Part shown: in pieces, positions 19,978-28,340 of the stretch
Layout: every line of letters begins with the position of its first letter
How positions within the stretch are numbered: the stretch's first letter is position 1
NCBI GenBank assembly: GCA_017409005.1
Contig: JAFQTP010000007.1
Location: 28,854-92,853, forward strand
Source of the DNA: Clostridia bacterium
GTDB taxonomy: Bacteria > Bacillota > Clostridia > Christensenellales > UBA1242
Length of the DNA stretch: 64,000 bases
Direction: 5' to 3'
The notes under the pieces: generated by a model
The model's input: the letters and a program-made list of their open reading frames with translations, nothing else
What the model was told of the DNA's origin: nothing
The model's database searches: none
Translations under genes and position numbers: made by a program

Positions 19978-20535
19978 TTATTGTTCTCTCACATTAATAA
20001 CTATCTTTTTCTTTTGTTTTGCATAGGCATGGGCAAGAGCAGTGCCGGATTTAGGTTGGTAGTAGCCAATGCTTCGCTTTGAGTATTTTCTCATTTCGGG
20101 TTGATAATTTTCATCATAGTAAAAGACACAATAATCGCTATCGTTTATCATTGCTTGGTTTCTTTCAACATAACTTGCTCGACCAGATGTGTATTTTGTT
20201 TTATGTTCAACTTCTTCTTCAACTCCAAGTAGTGTAACTTTTTCTTTTTTAAAATGGCTATAAATTTCTTCCCAATATGCTCGTTCACTTTCTAATGTGC
20301 AAGTTTCGCTCCTGCAAGTGTAACACTTCCTTATAATGTTTGGATATTTCTCTTTAAGTTCTGTAACCACTAAATGACAAAGGTAGTCAAAATCACTTCG
20401 ACTGCCAAACAAGAATATTAACACATTGTGGTTAACAATTAAATCTTCAATAACTTCCTTTACTTTTTGTTTAAGTTCTTCAGTAATCTCAATTTTTCTA
20501 TGACCAAAGAATGAACATGTTTTATGTTTTTGCAT
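19978..20535 (-). CDS. SLOG/DUF1273 (YspA-like) protein
   Basis: TCSFFGHR, RNQAMINDSD and SGTALA motifs. Confidence 0.75.
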   Translation of the reverse strand: MQKHKTCSFFGHRKIEITEELKQKVKEVIEDLIVNHNVLIFLFGSRSDFDYLCHLVVTELKEKYPNIIRKCYTCRSETCTLESERAYWEEIYSHFKKEKVTLLGVEEEVEHKTKYTSGRASYVERNQAMINDSDYCVFYYDENYQPEMRKYSKRSIGYYQPKSGTALAHAYAKQKKKIVINVREQ

Positions 20536-20710
20536 AATAAAAAACTCCCAAAGTATTCACTTTGAATACTCACACTGGTCATTATAACACAATTTTATGT
20601 TTCTGTGTATTCAAAATGGAGTTTTTGAGAAAAATTTATGTGTGTGGCTTTCTAACGAAAAACCATTCTTAAATTATAATTATTGTAACAACAAATAATT
20701 AGGAGTTTTT

Positions 20711-21010
20711 ATGGAAATCAAAGAAATCTTATCAAGAATTGGTTATGTTAGAAATAAAGCCAATTTATCCGCAAGAGAAGTTAGTCAAAGAATGGGTATG
20801 AGCCCACAATATGTCGCACAGCTTGAAAGTGGTAGAATTGTATTGACTGTTGAAAAGTTATTACAAATTTTAGAGATTTGTGAATTTCCTATTGATAGAT
20901 TTTTCAGTTCGAACATAGCTGACTACAAAATTGACAATGAATTAAAATCATTAATAGAATCTTTACCATCAGACAAAAAGAAAAACATAATTGAATTTAT
21001 TAAGAAATAA
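20711..21010 (+). CDS. XRE-family HTH transcriptional regulator
   Basis: LSAREVSQRMGMSPQYVAQLESG; RBS AGGAG. Confidence 0.85.
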   Translation: MEIKEILSRIGYVRNKANLSAREVSQRMGMSPQYVAQLESGRIVLTVEKLLQILEICEFPIDRFFSSNIADYKIDNELKSLIESLPSDKKKNIIEFIKK

Positions 21011-21255
21011 AAATAGCATTAGGATAATTCCTAGTGCTGTTTTTATCATTATACAGTATTGATGTTTTAGGGAACAATTTAACTATTTTTATCTCGATTT
21101 GTTCCCTAAAATGTGTATTACCAAAATCAACTTAAAAAACTTGTTATGCTAAGTTTTTTGGGATATTTTTGGTAGTAATTTTTAAGTAGAAGTAAAAAGA
21201 TTTAAATAGTTTTAGATAGTTTCAAATCAACAAATTGAACCTAAAAATATGCTTG

Positions 21256-21298
21256 TAGGTACAGTTAGGTACAGAAGTTTTAAACTTATATGTACCTA
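21256..21298. repeat. Putative integrase arm-binding sites, right end of element A
   Basis: TAGGTACA at 21256 and 21266 (10-bp spacing), inverted copy at 21291. Confidence 0.7.
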
Positions 21299-21379
21299 TT
21301 AAAAAAATACTAGCAAAAACACTAGTATTTAAAGTGGATTATTTAGATAGGGTTGAAGTTCTTTCAATTCTATTTTAAG

Positions 21380-21424
21380 TTGGTAAGGCGGAGGTCACGG
21401 GTTCAAGTCCCGTCATCAGCTCCA
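21380..21424 (+). pseudogene. tRNA-Thr 3' half (attR of A / attL of B)
   Basis: TTGGTAAGGCGGAGGTCACGGGTTCAAGTCCCGTCATCAGCTCCA. Confidence 0.9.
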
Positions 21425-21701
21425 ATGCCTTAAATCCCTTTATTTATCGGGCTTTTCCGGTATTTACAGGGATTTATTTTTTTTGCAAATTTTTCCTCAA
21501 AAAACATATAAATTGTGGAGCAAAACTTATTTTTGAACTAGCGTATTAAATCGGTCTAAAATTTTAAGGTTTGCTTTTATGATGAATTTCTAACTTTCCT
21601 GTTTTTGGCGTTCTAAGTCGGTCTATGTCGGTATAGTTGGCTCCAAATGGTCCCTGTAAATAAAAAAGGAATGTATCTTTTTACATTCCTTTTTAAATTG
21701 C

Positions 21702-22175
21702 CTACTTAATAATTCCTCCGTTACATTGTAATTCATAAACGAGTTCGTTATTTTTATAAATTCTCTCTAATCCTGTGAAGTTTTCCATACTTCCAGTAAC
21801 TTCAAAACCATATGAAAATTCACCATTTACAAACTTGCTTGGTCCACGCAATGGTAATACTAAATTATCAGATCCAACTTGCATTAAAGCTGGTCTCAAA
21901 GCATTGTCCATAGCTTCTTCGCTTAGGTTAGGATTGATTGTATTTCCATAATAATTCATAGCCCAGATCGGTTTTTCATCAATGTAAACAACTTCTGAGC
22001 CTATAAACTTTTCTCCACCGAAATAAGTATCGTGATAGCAAAGTTTTTTATTGTTGATGATTTCTTCATATTGATAATCTTTTGAGCCAATGCGTGAAGA
22101 GTTAACTTTCGCAGCATTTCCATTTGCATAAGTATTTTTCTTTGCTCTTATTAAAAACTCCAATATATTTTCCAT
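21702..22175 (-). CDS. DUF5680-like protein
   Basis: FLIRAKKNTYA, YHDTYFGG..F.G.E, WAMNYYG and RGP motifs. Confidence 0.7.
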   Translation of the reverse strand: MENILEFLIRAKKNTYANGNAAKVNSSRIGSKDYQYEEIINNKKLCYHDTYFGGEKFIGSEVVYIDEKPIWAMNYYGNTINPNLSEEAMDNALRPALMQVGSDNLVLPLRGPSKFVNGEFSYGFEVTGSMENFTGLERIYKNNELVYELQCNGGIIK

Positions 22176-22188
22176 AACTCCTCCCTAA

Positions 22189-22725
22189 TTACATCATGTA
22201 ATAGTTATCTGCTCCAATCATAAATGCATTTATACATAATTTTTTAACATCAACTAATGCTTGATATTCTGTTCCGTCTTTTTCTTTTCCTTTAATCATT
22301 GCAAATCCAGTAAATTCACAATTTCTATCTATTTCATAGCCATATCCAATGTTTCCACTTTTATCTTTCATTTGTAAATCAATTCTATCTGAATGGATTA
22401 TTTTTGACAAAGCATCAGAGAAAGAGATATCTTTTGTGTTTGATATATATTTGGCAATATTTGAATATTTAACTTTATTGTTTATAGACTTCCCATATTT
22501 TTCTAATTGCTCAGATTCTCTTCTTAACATTATTGACAATTCAATCAATAAGCTTATTGTCTCTTCATAAACATGTGGATAATAATCTTTTATAGCAAAA
22601 TATTCGTACGGTTCATCTCTCTTAAATTTTTCATTTAAAGGCAAAAGCAATTTATTAATTTTACCTAATGAAGTTATATTTTGTAGTAGTTTCAATGCTT
22701 TACTAGAAACAATATTTAACCTCAT
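22189..22725 (-). CDS. Hypothetical protein
   Basis: ORF with AGGAG RBS. Confidence 0.6.
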   Translation of the reverse strand: MRLNIVSSKALKLLQNITSLGKINKLLLPLNEKFKRDEPYEYFAIKDYYPHVYEETISLLIELSIMLRRESEQLEKYGKSINNKVKYSNIAKYISNTKDISFSDALSKIIHSDRIDLQMKDKSGNIGYGYEIDRNCEFTGFAMIKGKEKDGTEYQALVDVKKLCINAFMIGADNYYMM

Positions 22726-22787
22726 ATTTTCTCCTATAGCAATATTATAACACACATATTCTATATTTGCATTGCTTTATTAAATAA

Positions 22788-23956
22788 TTATTTAAATACA
22801 TTGTTTATAATCTCAAGCATTTCTTTGTTATAAATACTTACATTATTATAAGTTTCGAGAGTAGTTTTTACTGATTTATGTCCTAATAACAATTGTATGA
22901 TTTTAGGGTTGATTTTTTTTCAAAAAGCATTGTGGCAAAGGTGTGCCTAAATGTGTGAAAATGAATATCATATTCTGAAAAGCCATATTTATCATTAAAT
23001 CTTTTTAATAATCGTCTAGTGCCAGAATAACTTCTTAAATCATTTTCGTGATCAAACAATAAAGAATCCTTAACTTTACCATTTGCGACTAATTGTAGAA
23101 CTTTCCATTCTATTAATATTTTATATAACTCATCAATTATAGGAACAGCTCTAATGCTACAATTAGTTTTTGTTGTTTCTATTTTTCTTTTATTGGATAT
23201 TGTCTCTCCTTTCTGATTAAATTTGTAGTCTTTGGTCAATGAAGAATTAATATGTGTAAGCCGTTTTTCAAAGTCAACATCTTTCCACCTTAACGATAAA
23301 ATCTCTCCAATTCTCATTCCTGCATATAAACCTAAATAGCATAAAGTTTTAAGTGGTTGATGATTATTTAATTTTTTAATATAATCTTGTCTTATTTCTT
23401 TTGGTAATGCTTTATATTTAATTTCATCTCTGCTTTTTGGATATTTTATATTATTCAAGATTAAAGGATAAGACGCTATATAATTATTTAAAACAAGATA
23501 ACTAGCAAATTGATTTAATACAAACTTTGTTTTTAAAAACATACTTTTAGGAATTTTGTTATTTAATAAATGATTGAAAAATACAAGCAAGGTATTATTG
23601 TTTATAATGCTTAATGTTTTATTCTCAAAATAAGGCTTTATATACAACCTATACACCATTAAATTACTGCAGAGTGTAGAAGAACTGACACTTAATCTTT
23701 TCACATTCATTAGCCAATAGATAAGAACTTCATTTATTTGGAGATTGTTTTTATCGTCAATACTTAAAGTGTTATCATCTCCATACTTTTCATAAAACTT
23801 TTTTATTGCTTCTATTTTTGTTTTTGCAGAAGTTTTTACTCGCTTTCTTTCTCCATTAATTAACATTCGTTTTGCAAAATACCAATAACCATTGGCAGAA
23901 TAATAAAGCGACCCATCTCCATTAGGTCGCCTTGTTTTTCTAATTTCTTTTTTCAT
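22788..23956 (-). pseudogene. Tyrosine integrase of element B, frameshifted in an A8 run
   Basis: AGMRIGE and HTFRH present; NPKIIQLLLGHKSVKTTLETY lies in the -1 frame after the T8 run at 22913-22920. Confidence 0.85.
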
Positions 23957-24011
23957 TTATTTATACCTCCATATGGAGAGTATAAATCATAGATTAATAA
24001 AGATTTTTATT

Positions 24012-25550
24012 TTAAAATAAGTTCTTTATTAACTCTATAAATTTATTTAAAGCTTCACAATTCGGATCAGCAGTCAAATACACTCCGACAATTGAAACCA
24101 ATAATGCTAATATAGCAATAAACAATGTCCAAGAAATATTTTTCATGGTTGAATAGTTTGCAATGCTATTTATATTTTCATTAAAGAAAGAATAAACATC
24201 TTTTAACAACTTTCTGTTTGCATCTAATTCATAAAAAGTTGATATGTAATCATAATATATTAATTCATGTTTTATTCCTTTTGGTTGTTTTTCTAACGGT
24301 TCATAATTTTCTAGAAAACCATTTATGTGTGATTCTAAAGATTTTTCTGAAATTTGAATTTCGTTCATTAACCGTTTATAAAAAAACAGATCTTTATCAA
24401 TTTCACGATTTAATTTCATGAGAGATAATATTTTCTTTCCCTTCTTTATGCTATCATTAATTTTTGTGTTTGATTTGTTTATTTTTAATGTGATATCATT
24501 ATTAATAGAGGTTAATATATAGTATATAGTAAATTTTTGAGCTAAATTATAAAATACTTCCGGGAACCATTTGTGTTCTCCATTTTTTTCTTTATCTTTA
24601 TCATCAACAATAACTATCGAGTCCATAATATAATTTGGGTGAAAAAATGAATTATTAACTAAAGAAAAAATAATTTTTTCTTTTTTATGTAAATAGCAGT
24701 TTTGCTTTATTTGTAAAAAGTCAACAATTTCATTTGAATCTTCAAAATTATCAATAGATAAAACTTCTAGTCCATGAGGTGTTAATTTATTATCAAACAT
24801 GAAACTCCCTAAAAATTTTTTGACATCACACATAAATGAATGTTTGAGTTCTAAAAAGAAATTTTGTAATGTGTTCTTTTTTGCTCTATCATCGCAACAC
24901 GAAGAACCACCTATATCTTTAATTTTCCACCATTTATTGTTTGTATAAATAACCGGAGATTCATATACATCTTCTTCTAAAATGTTTTCTATAAGTTTTT
25001 GAACAACTTCATTTGGAGTTAATTCATATCTAATAGATAGAAAAGAGTCGCTTATACTATCAATATTAATGGAAACAAAATCAAAATATTTAAAAGAGTT
25101 TAATTTTTTTGACAACTTCAAATAATCATGTAGACTACCGCTAGTTGCATTTTTAAGATTATCAAAACTCTTTTGCAAATTAAAGCCGGCAGTCATAAAC
25201 ATGTTATTATCGCAAACTTTACGGAATTTTTTGAAATTGTTTTCAAAATAGGATAAGTTCTCTTTTGGAAGAATATCATATATAAATAATTTTTTTAATT
25301 TAAGTTTAGTTTTTAAATCCTTTTTGTAGGTTTTATGCTCAAAATCATAATTGGAAAAAGTGCATTCATGTAAAAATTTTATTTTTTTATTCTTTGAACA
25401 AATCTTTAACAATTTGGTTTTGTTTAAAAATTTATAAAAAGATGTAAATAATTTTGTACATTTTCTGTCTTTGTCTTTTATTTTCTTTTTAACATATTCA
25501 TTATCGAATTTGTATTCAAATATATCTTTTTTTACTTCAATTTTTTTCAT
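24012..25550 (-). CDS. Hypothetical protein with C-terminal TM helix (cargo of element B)
   Basis: Long AT-rich ORF; RBS GAGGTG. Confidence 0.65.
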   Translation of the reverse strand: MKKIEVKKDIFEYKFDNEYVKKKIKDKDRKCTKLFTSFYKFLNKTKLLKICSKNKKIKFLHECTFSNYDFEHKTYKKDLKTKLKLKKLFIYDILPKENLSYFENNFKKFRKVCDNNMFMTAGFNLQKSFDNLKNATSGSLHDYLKLSKKLNSFKYFDFVSINIDSISDSFLSIRYELTPNEVVQKLIENILEEDVYESPVIYTNNKWWKIKDIGGSSCCDDRAKKNTLQNFFLELKHSFMCDVKKFLGSFMFDNKLTPHGLEVLSIDNFEDSNEIVDFLQIKQNCYLHKKEKIIFSLVNNSFFHPNYIMDSIVIVDDKDKEKNGEHKWFPEVFYNLAQKFTIYYILTSINNDITLKINKSNTKINDSIKKGKKILSLMKLNREIDKDLFFYKRLMNEIQISEKSLESHINGFLENYEPLEKQPKGIKHELIYYDYISTFYELDANRKLLKDVYSFFNENINSIANYSTMKNISWTLFIAILALLVSIVGVYLTADPNCEALNKFIELIKNLF

Positions 25551-25631
25551 AAGCACCTCTAAAAACATTATAACATAATTTTTTAAAAAAACAGGTTTTT
25601 ATGAAAATAAATTTTATTTTTATTTCTGTTA

Positions 25632-25680
25632 TTGGCGGTTTAGGGCGGATTGAGGCGGTTTTGAACTGTTTAGGCGGTTC
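25632..25680. repeat. ~10-bp-period GGCGG(T/A)T repeats next to attR of B
   Basis: ttggcggttt agggcggatt gaggcggttt ... aggcggttc. Confidence 0.55.
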
Positions 25681-25685
25681 CAGGT

Positions 25686-25731
25686 CTTGGTAAGGCGGAG
25701 GTCACGGGTTCAAGTCCCGTCATCAGCTCCA
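25686..25731 (+). pseudogene. Displaced original tRNA-Thr 3' half (attR of B)
   Basis: Identical to 21380-21424 and followed by terminator AAACGGC-AAATTA-GCCGTTT. Confidence 0.9.
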
Positions 25732-25785
25732 TTAAAAAAACGGCAAATTAGCCGTTTTATTTTTTTTGTTGAAATTTGTAAAATA

Positions 25786-26232
25786 TTAAATTGTTTCAAT
25801 ATTAAATCCCAAAGATTGTGCGCGTTTAACAAACTTAATTATGTTAAAAATTCCCCATTGTGTGCAAACAACAACTTTTTCGTTGTTTAAAACCAAAATA
25901 TCTTCGTCTTTTAAAAAATATCTTTTGCTTGCGTCGCTGGTTTTTATTGCAACATCATAAAGTTCAACAACACCAAGTGAACCTTGCAATGATTTATCAA
26001 ACACTTGGCTTAGTTCCAAAAAAGTAGGGTTGTGCTCATTAGCATATTTTTTAATAATTGCTAACACAAGTCGGTTTTTAGGAAATACTTTTCCTTCAAA
26101 CATATATTTTGTTTTGTCGCGGTTACTTTGTTGGTTTGCTTCTATATTTATTGGTTGAACAGTTTTTAAAACTATCTTCTCAAGTTCTTCTATTCTCTTT
26201 TTTAAACTTAAAATTTCTAATTCGTAATCCAT
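25786..26232 (-). CDS. Conserved hypothetical protein
   Basis: RDKTKYMF...KNRLVL...VCTQWG domain. Confidence 0.65.
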   Translation of the reverse strand: MDYELEILSLKKRIEELEKIVLKTVQPINIEANQQSNRDKTKYMFEGKVFPKNRLVLAIIKKYANEHNPTFLELSQVFDKSLQGSLGVVELYDVAIKTSDASKRYFLKDEDILVLNNEKVVVCTQWGIFNIIKFVKRAQSLGFNIETI

Positions 26233-26383
26233 ATTTTTATTATATCAAAAACAAATTTAAAAGCAATAAAAACTTGCGAAAACTAAAAATATTTTTAAAA
26301 AACTATAAAAAACTATAAAAAACTATTTACAACTATAAAAAACTGTGATATATTTAAACCAACAAACAAAAGGAGAAGACACA

Positions 26384-26785
26384 ATGAAACAAATTACAAC
26401 TGTTGCTGGGGTTATTAAAAACGAAAAAGGCGAAGTGCTTTGCACGCTTCGCGACCAAGGAAAATATGACTATGTTTCTTTTAAATGGGAATTTCCAGGA
26501 GGAAAAATTGAAGAGGGTGAAACTCAACAACAAACTTTAACTCGTGAACTTCAAGAAGAACTTGAAATCGAAGTTGAAATTGGCGATTTCTTTTATCAAG
26601 TAGAGCACGACTATCCAGACTTTCATTTATCTATGGCAGTTTATGAGTGTAAACTATTATCTTCCGAAATGAAAATGAATGTTCATAAAGGAATTAAATG
26701 GCTTGCTCCAAAAGACATCATGAGCCTGGAATGGGCTGCGGCCGACGTTCCAGTTGCAAAATTAATTCTAAAAAAATATTGTTAG
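26384..26785 (+). CDS. NUDIX hydrolase (MutT/NudG-like)
   Basis: WEFPGGKIEEGE...RELQEEL Nudix box. Confidence 0.9.
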   Translation: MKQITTVAGVIKNEKGEVLCTLRDQGKYDYVSFKWEFPGGKIEEGETQQQTLTRELQEELEIEVEIGDFFYQVEHDYPDFHLSMAVYECKLLSSEMKMNVHKGIKWLAPKDIMSLEWAAADVPVAKLILKKYC

Positions 26786-26856
26786 AATTTAAATATTGCG
26801 TTAATTTCTTTATAAGAATATTAACTTTGTAATTAAAACTTCAGTATACTAATATT

Positions 26857-26941
26857 GGTATAAAGGTTTGCGTGTAATTACCGCTTTATACTGTTGGTAA
26901 TAACCAACAAACTGGGTGGTAGCATAATTGCTACCTTTTTT
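26857..26941 (+). ncRNA. Candidate small structured RNA
   Basis: TATACT -10 at 26845; stems GTATAAAG/CTTTATAC and TGTTGG/CCAACA; terminator GGTAGCA/TGCTACC plus T-run. Confidence 0.45.
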
Positions 26942-27112
26942 GTTCTATTATAAAAAATTTTGTTAAATTTTTTCAAATATCATTTAAACATTCTCTTATT
27001 TTTATTTATAATAATATTGACTTTTAGTACAACTTCAGTAAAAAACACTAAGTTATTACAGAATTATACATTTTCAACAAAATATGATACTATTATATAA
27101 TTGGAGAGATAT

Positions 27113-28339
27113 ATGATAAATGTTGTGGATTTATTTTCGGGTGCAGGTGGAATGACACTTGGATTCAAATATATTATAAAAAACAATACTTTCAAAAAAA
27201 GTGATGTTTTTGATATTCTTTTTGCAAACGAGTTTGATAAAGATGCTGCTTCAACTTTTAGGAATAACTTTCCTGAGATTAATATGGTTGAGAAAGATAT
27301 TAAAAACTTGTCAGAAAAAGAAATTCATAGATATTTAAATGGTAAAAATGTTGATTTAATCATAGGTGGACCTCCTTGTCAATCTTTTAGTACAGTAGGT
27401 AAAAGAGTTTACGATGATAAAGCAAAAATGTATCAAGAATATTTGCGTTTATTGAAGATAATACGTCCAAAAATGTTTTTATTCGAAAATGTTCGCGGAA
27501 TATTATCCATGAGAGAGGTGTTTTACAAAACTGATGGAAAAGGGAATATTTTATATGATGAGATAGTAAGTAAAACAGGACGAAAATCAAAGAAACCCCA
27601 AATAGATTACTATGGAGAAAAGATTTTAGATAAAATTGAAAAAGAATTTAAGAATATTGATAATGAATTTGGATATAAAATCAAATATCAAGTATTAAAA
27701 GCTTCTAATTTTGGAGTTCCTCAAAACAGAGAAAGAGTATTTATTGTTGGAGTTAGAAATGATATATCCAAAGAATGGATATTTCCTACACCTTTAAATA
27801 AAAACACTTTATCTATAAAAGAAGCGATAGATGATTTACCAGAATTACAATCTGGGCAAACTATATCAGAATACAACAAAAAACCGTATAATTATTATCA
27901 GAAACTTATGAGAAAGAAATCAAAGGTTCTTACACAACATGTTGCCGCAGATTATGGAGAAAAAATAAGAACAGTAATTAAAAATGTTCCACAAGGAGAA
28001 GGTAAAAATTATTTTAACAAATTAGTGGAAGCAGGCAAGATTGATAAAAAATATTATTTAACTTCTGGTTATGCAAACACTTATTCAAGATTAATAGAAA
28101 CAGAACCATCAACAACAATTACAAATAATCTTATAACTCCCTCCGCCCTAAGATGTATTCATTATAGAGATGATAGGGCATTAAGCCCACGAGAAGGAGC
28201 TAGAATACAATCTTTCCCGGATTGGTTTAATTTTAGTGGTAATATGGGTAAAGTTGCAATGCAGATAGGTAATGCAGTTCCACCACTTTTAGCAATGGCA
28301 ATAGCAGAACAAATTAAAAATTTTTTAGAAGGAGTTTAG
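27113..28339 (+). CDS. C5 cytosine DNA methyltransferase
   Basis: DLFSGAGG, GGPPCQ, FENV, QNRER and QIGNAVPP motifs. Confidence 0.93.
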   Translation: MINVVDLFSGAGGMTLGFKYIIKNNTFKKSDVFDILFANEFDKDAASTFRNNFPEINMVEKDIKNLSEKEIHRYLNGKNVDLIIGGPPCQSFSTVGKRVYDDKAKMYQEYLRLLKIIRPKMFLFENVRGILSMREVFYKTDGKGNILYDEIVSKTGRKSKKPQIDYYGEKILDKIEKEFKNIDNEFGYKIKYQVLKASNFGVPQNRERVFIVGVRNDISKEWIFPTPLNKNTLSIKEAIDDLPELQSGQTISEYNKKPYNYYQKLMRKKSKVLTQHVAADYGEKIRTVIKNVPQGEGKNYFNKLVEAGKIDKKYYLTSGYANTYSRLIETEPSTTITNNLITPSALRCIHYRDDRALSPREGARIQSFPDWFNFSGNMGKVAMQIGNAVPPLLAMAIAEQIKNFLEGV

Positions 28340-28340
28340 A

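Larger units (their letters stand above)
7678..21388. mobile_element. Element A: integrative mobilizable defence island in tRNA-Thr
   Basis: TTGGTAAGG core repeated at 7678-7686 and 21380-21388; integrase, excisionase and relaxase genes; TAGGTACA arm-like repeats at both ends. Confidence 0.88.
21380..25731. mobile_element. Element B: small integrative element with a frameshifted integrase
   Basis: 45-bp tRNA 3'-half direct repeats at both ends; integrase gene inside. Confidence 0.85.

Noticed and set aside
25687-25890. 67-aa ORF MVRRRSRVQVPSSAP
   Set aside because: It is a translation of the tRNA 3' fragment and terminator.
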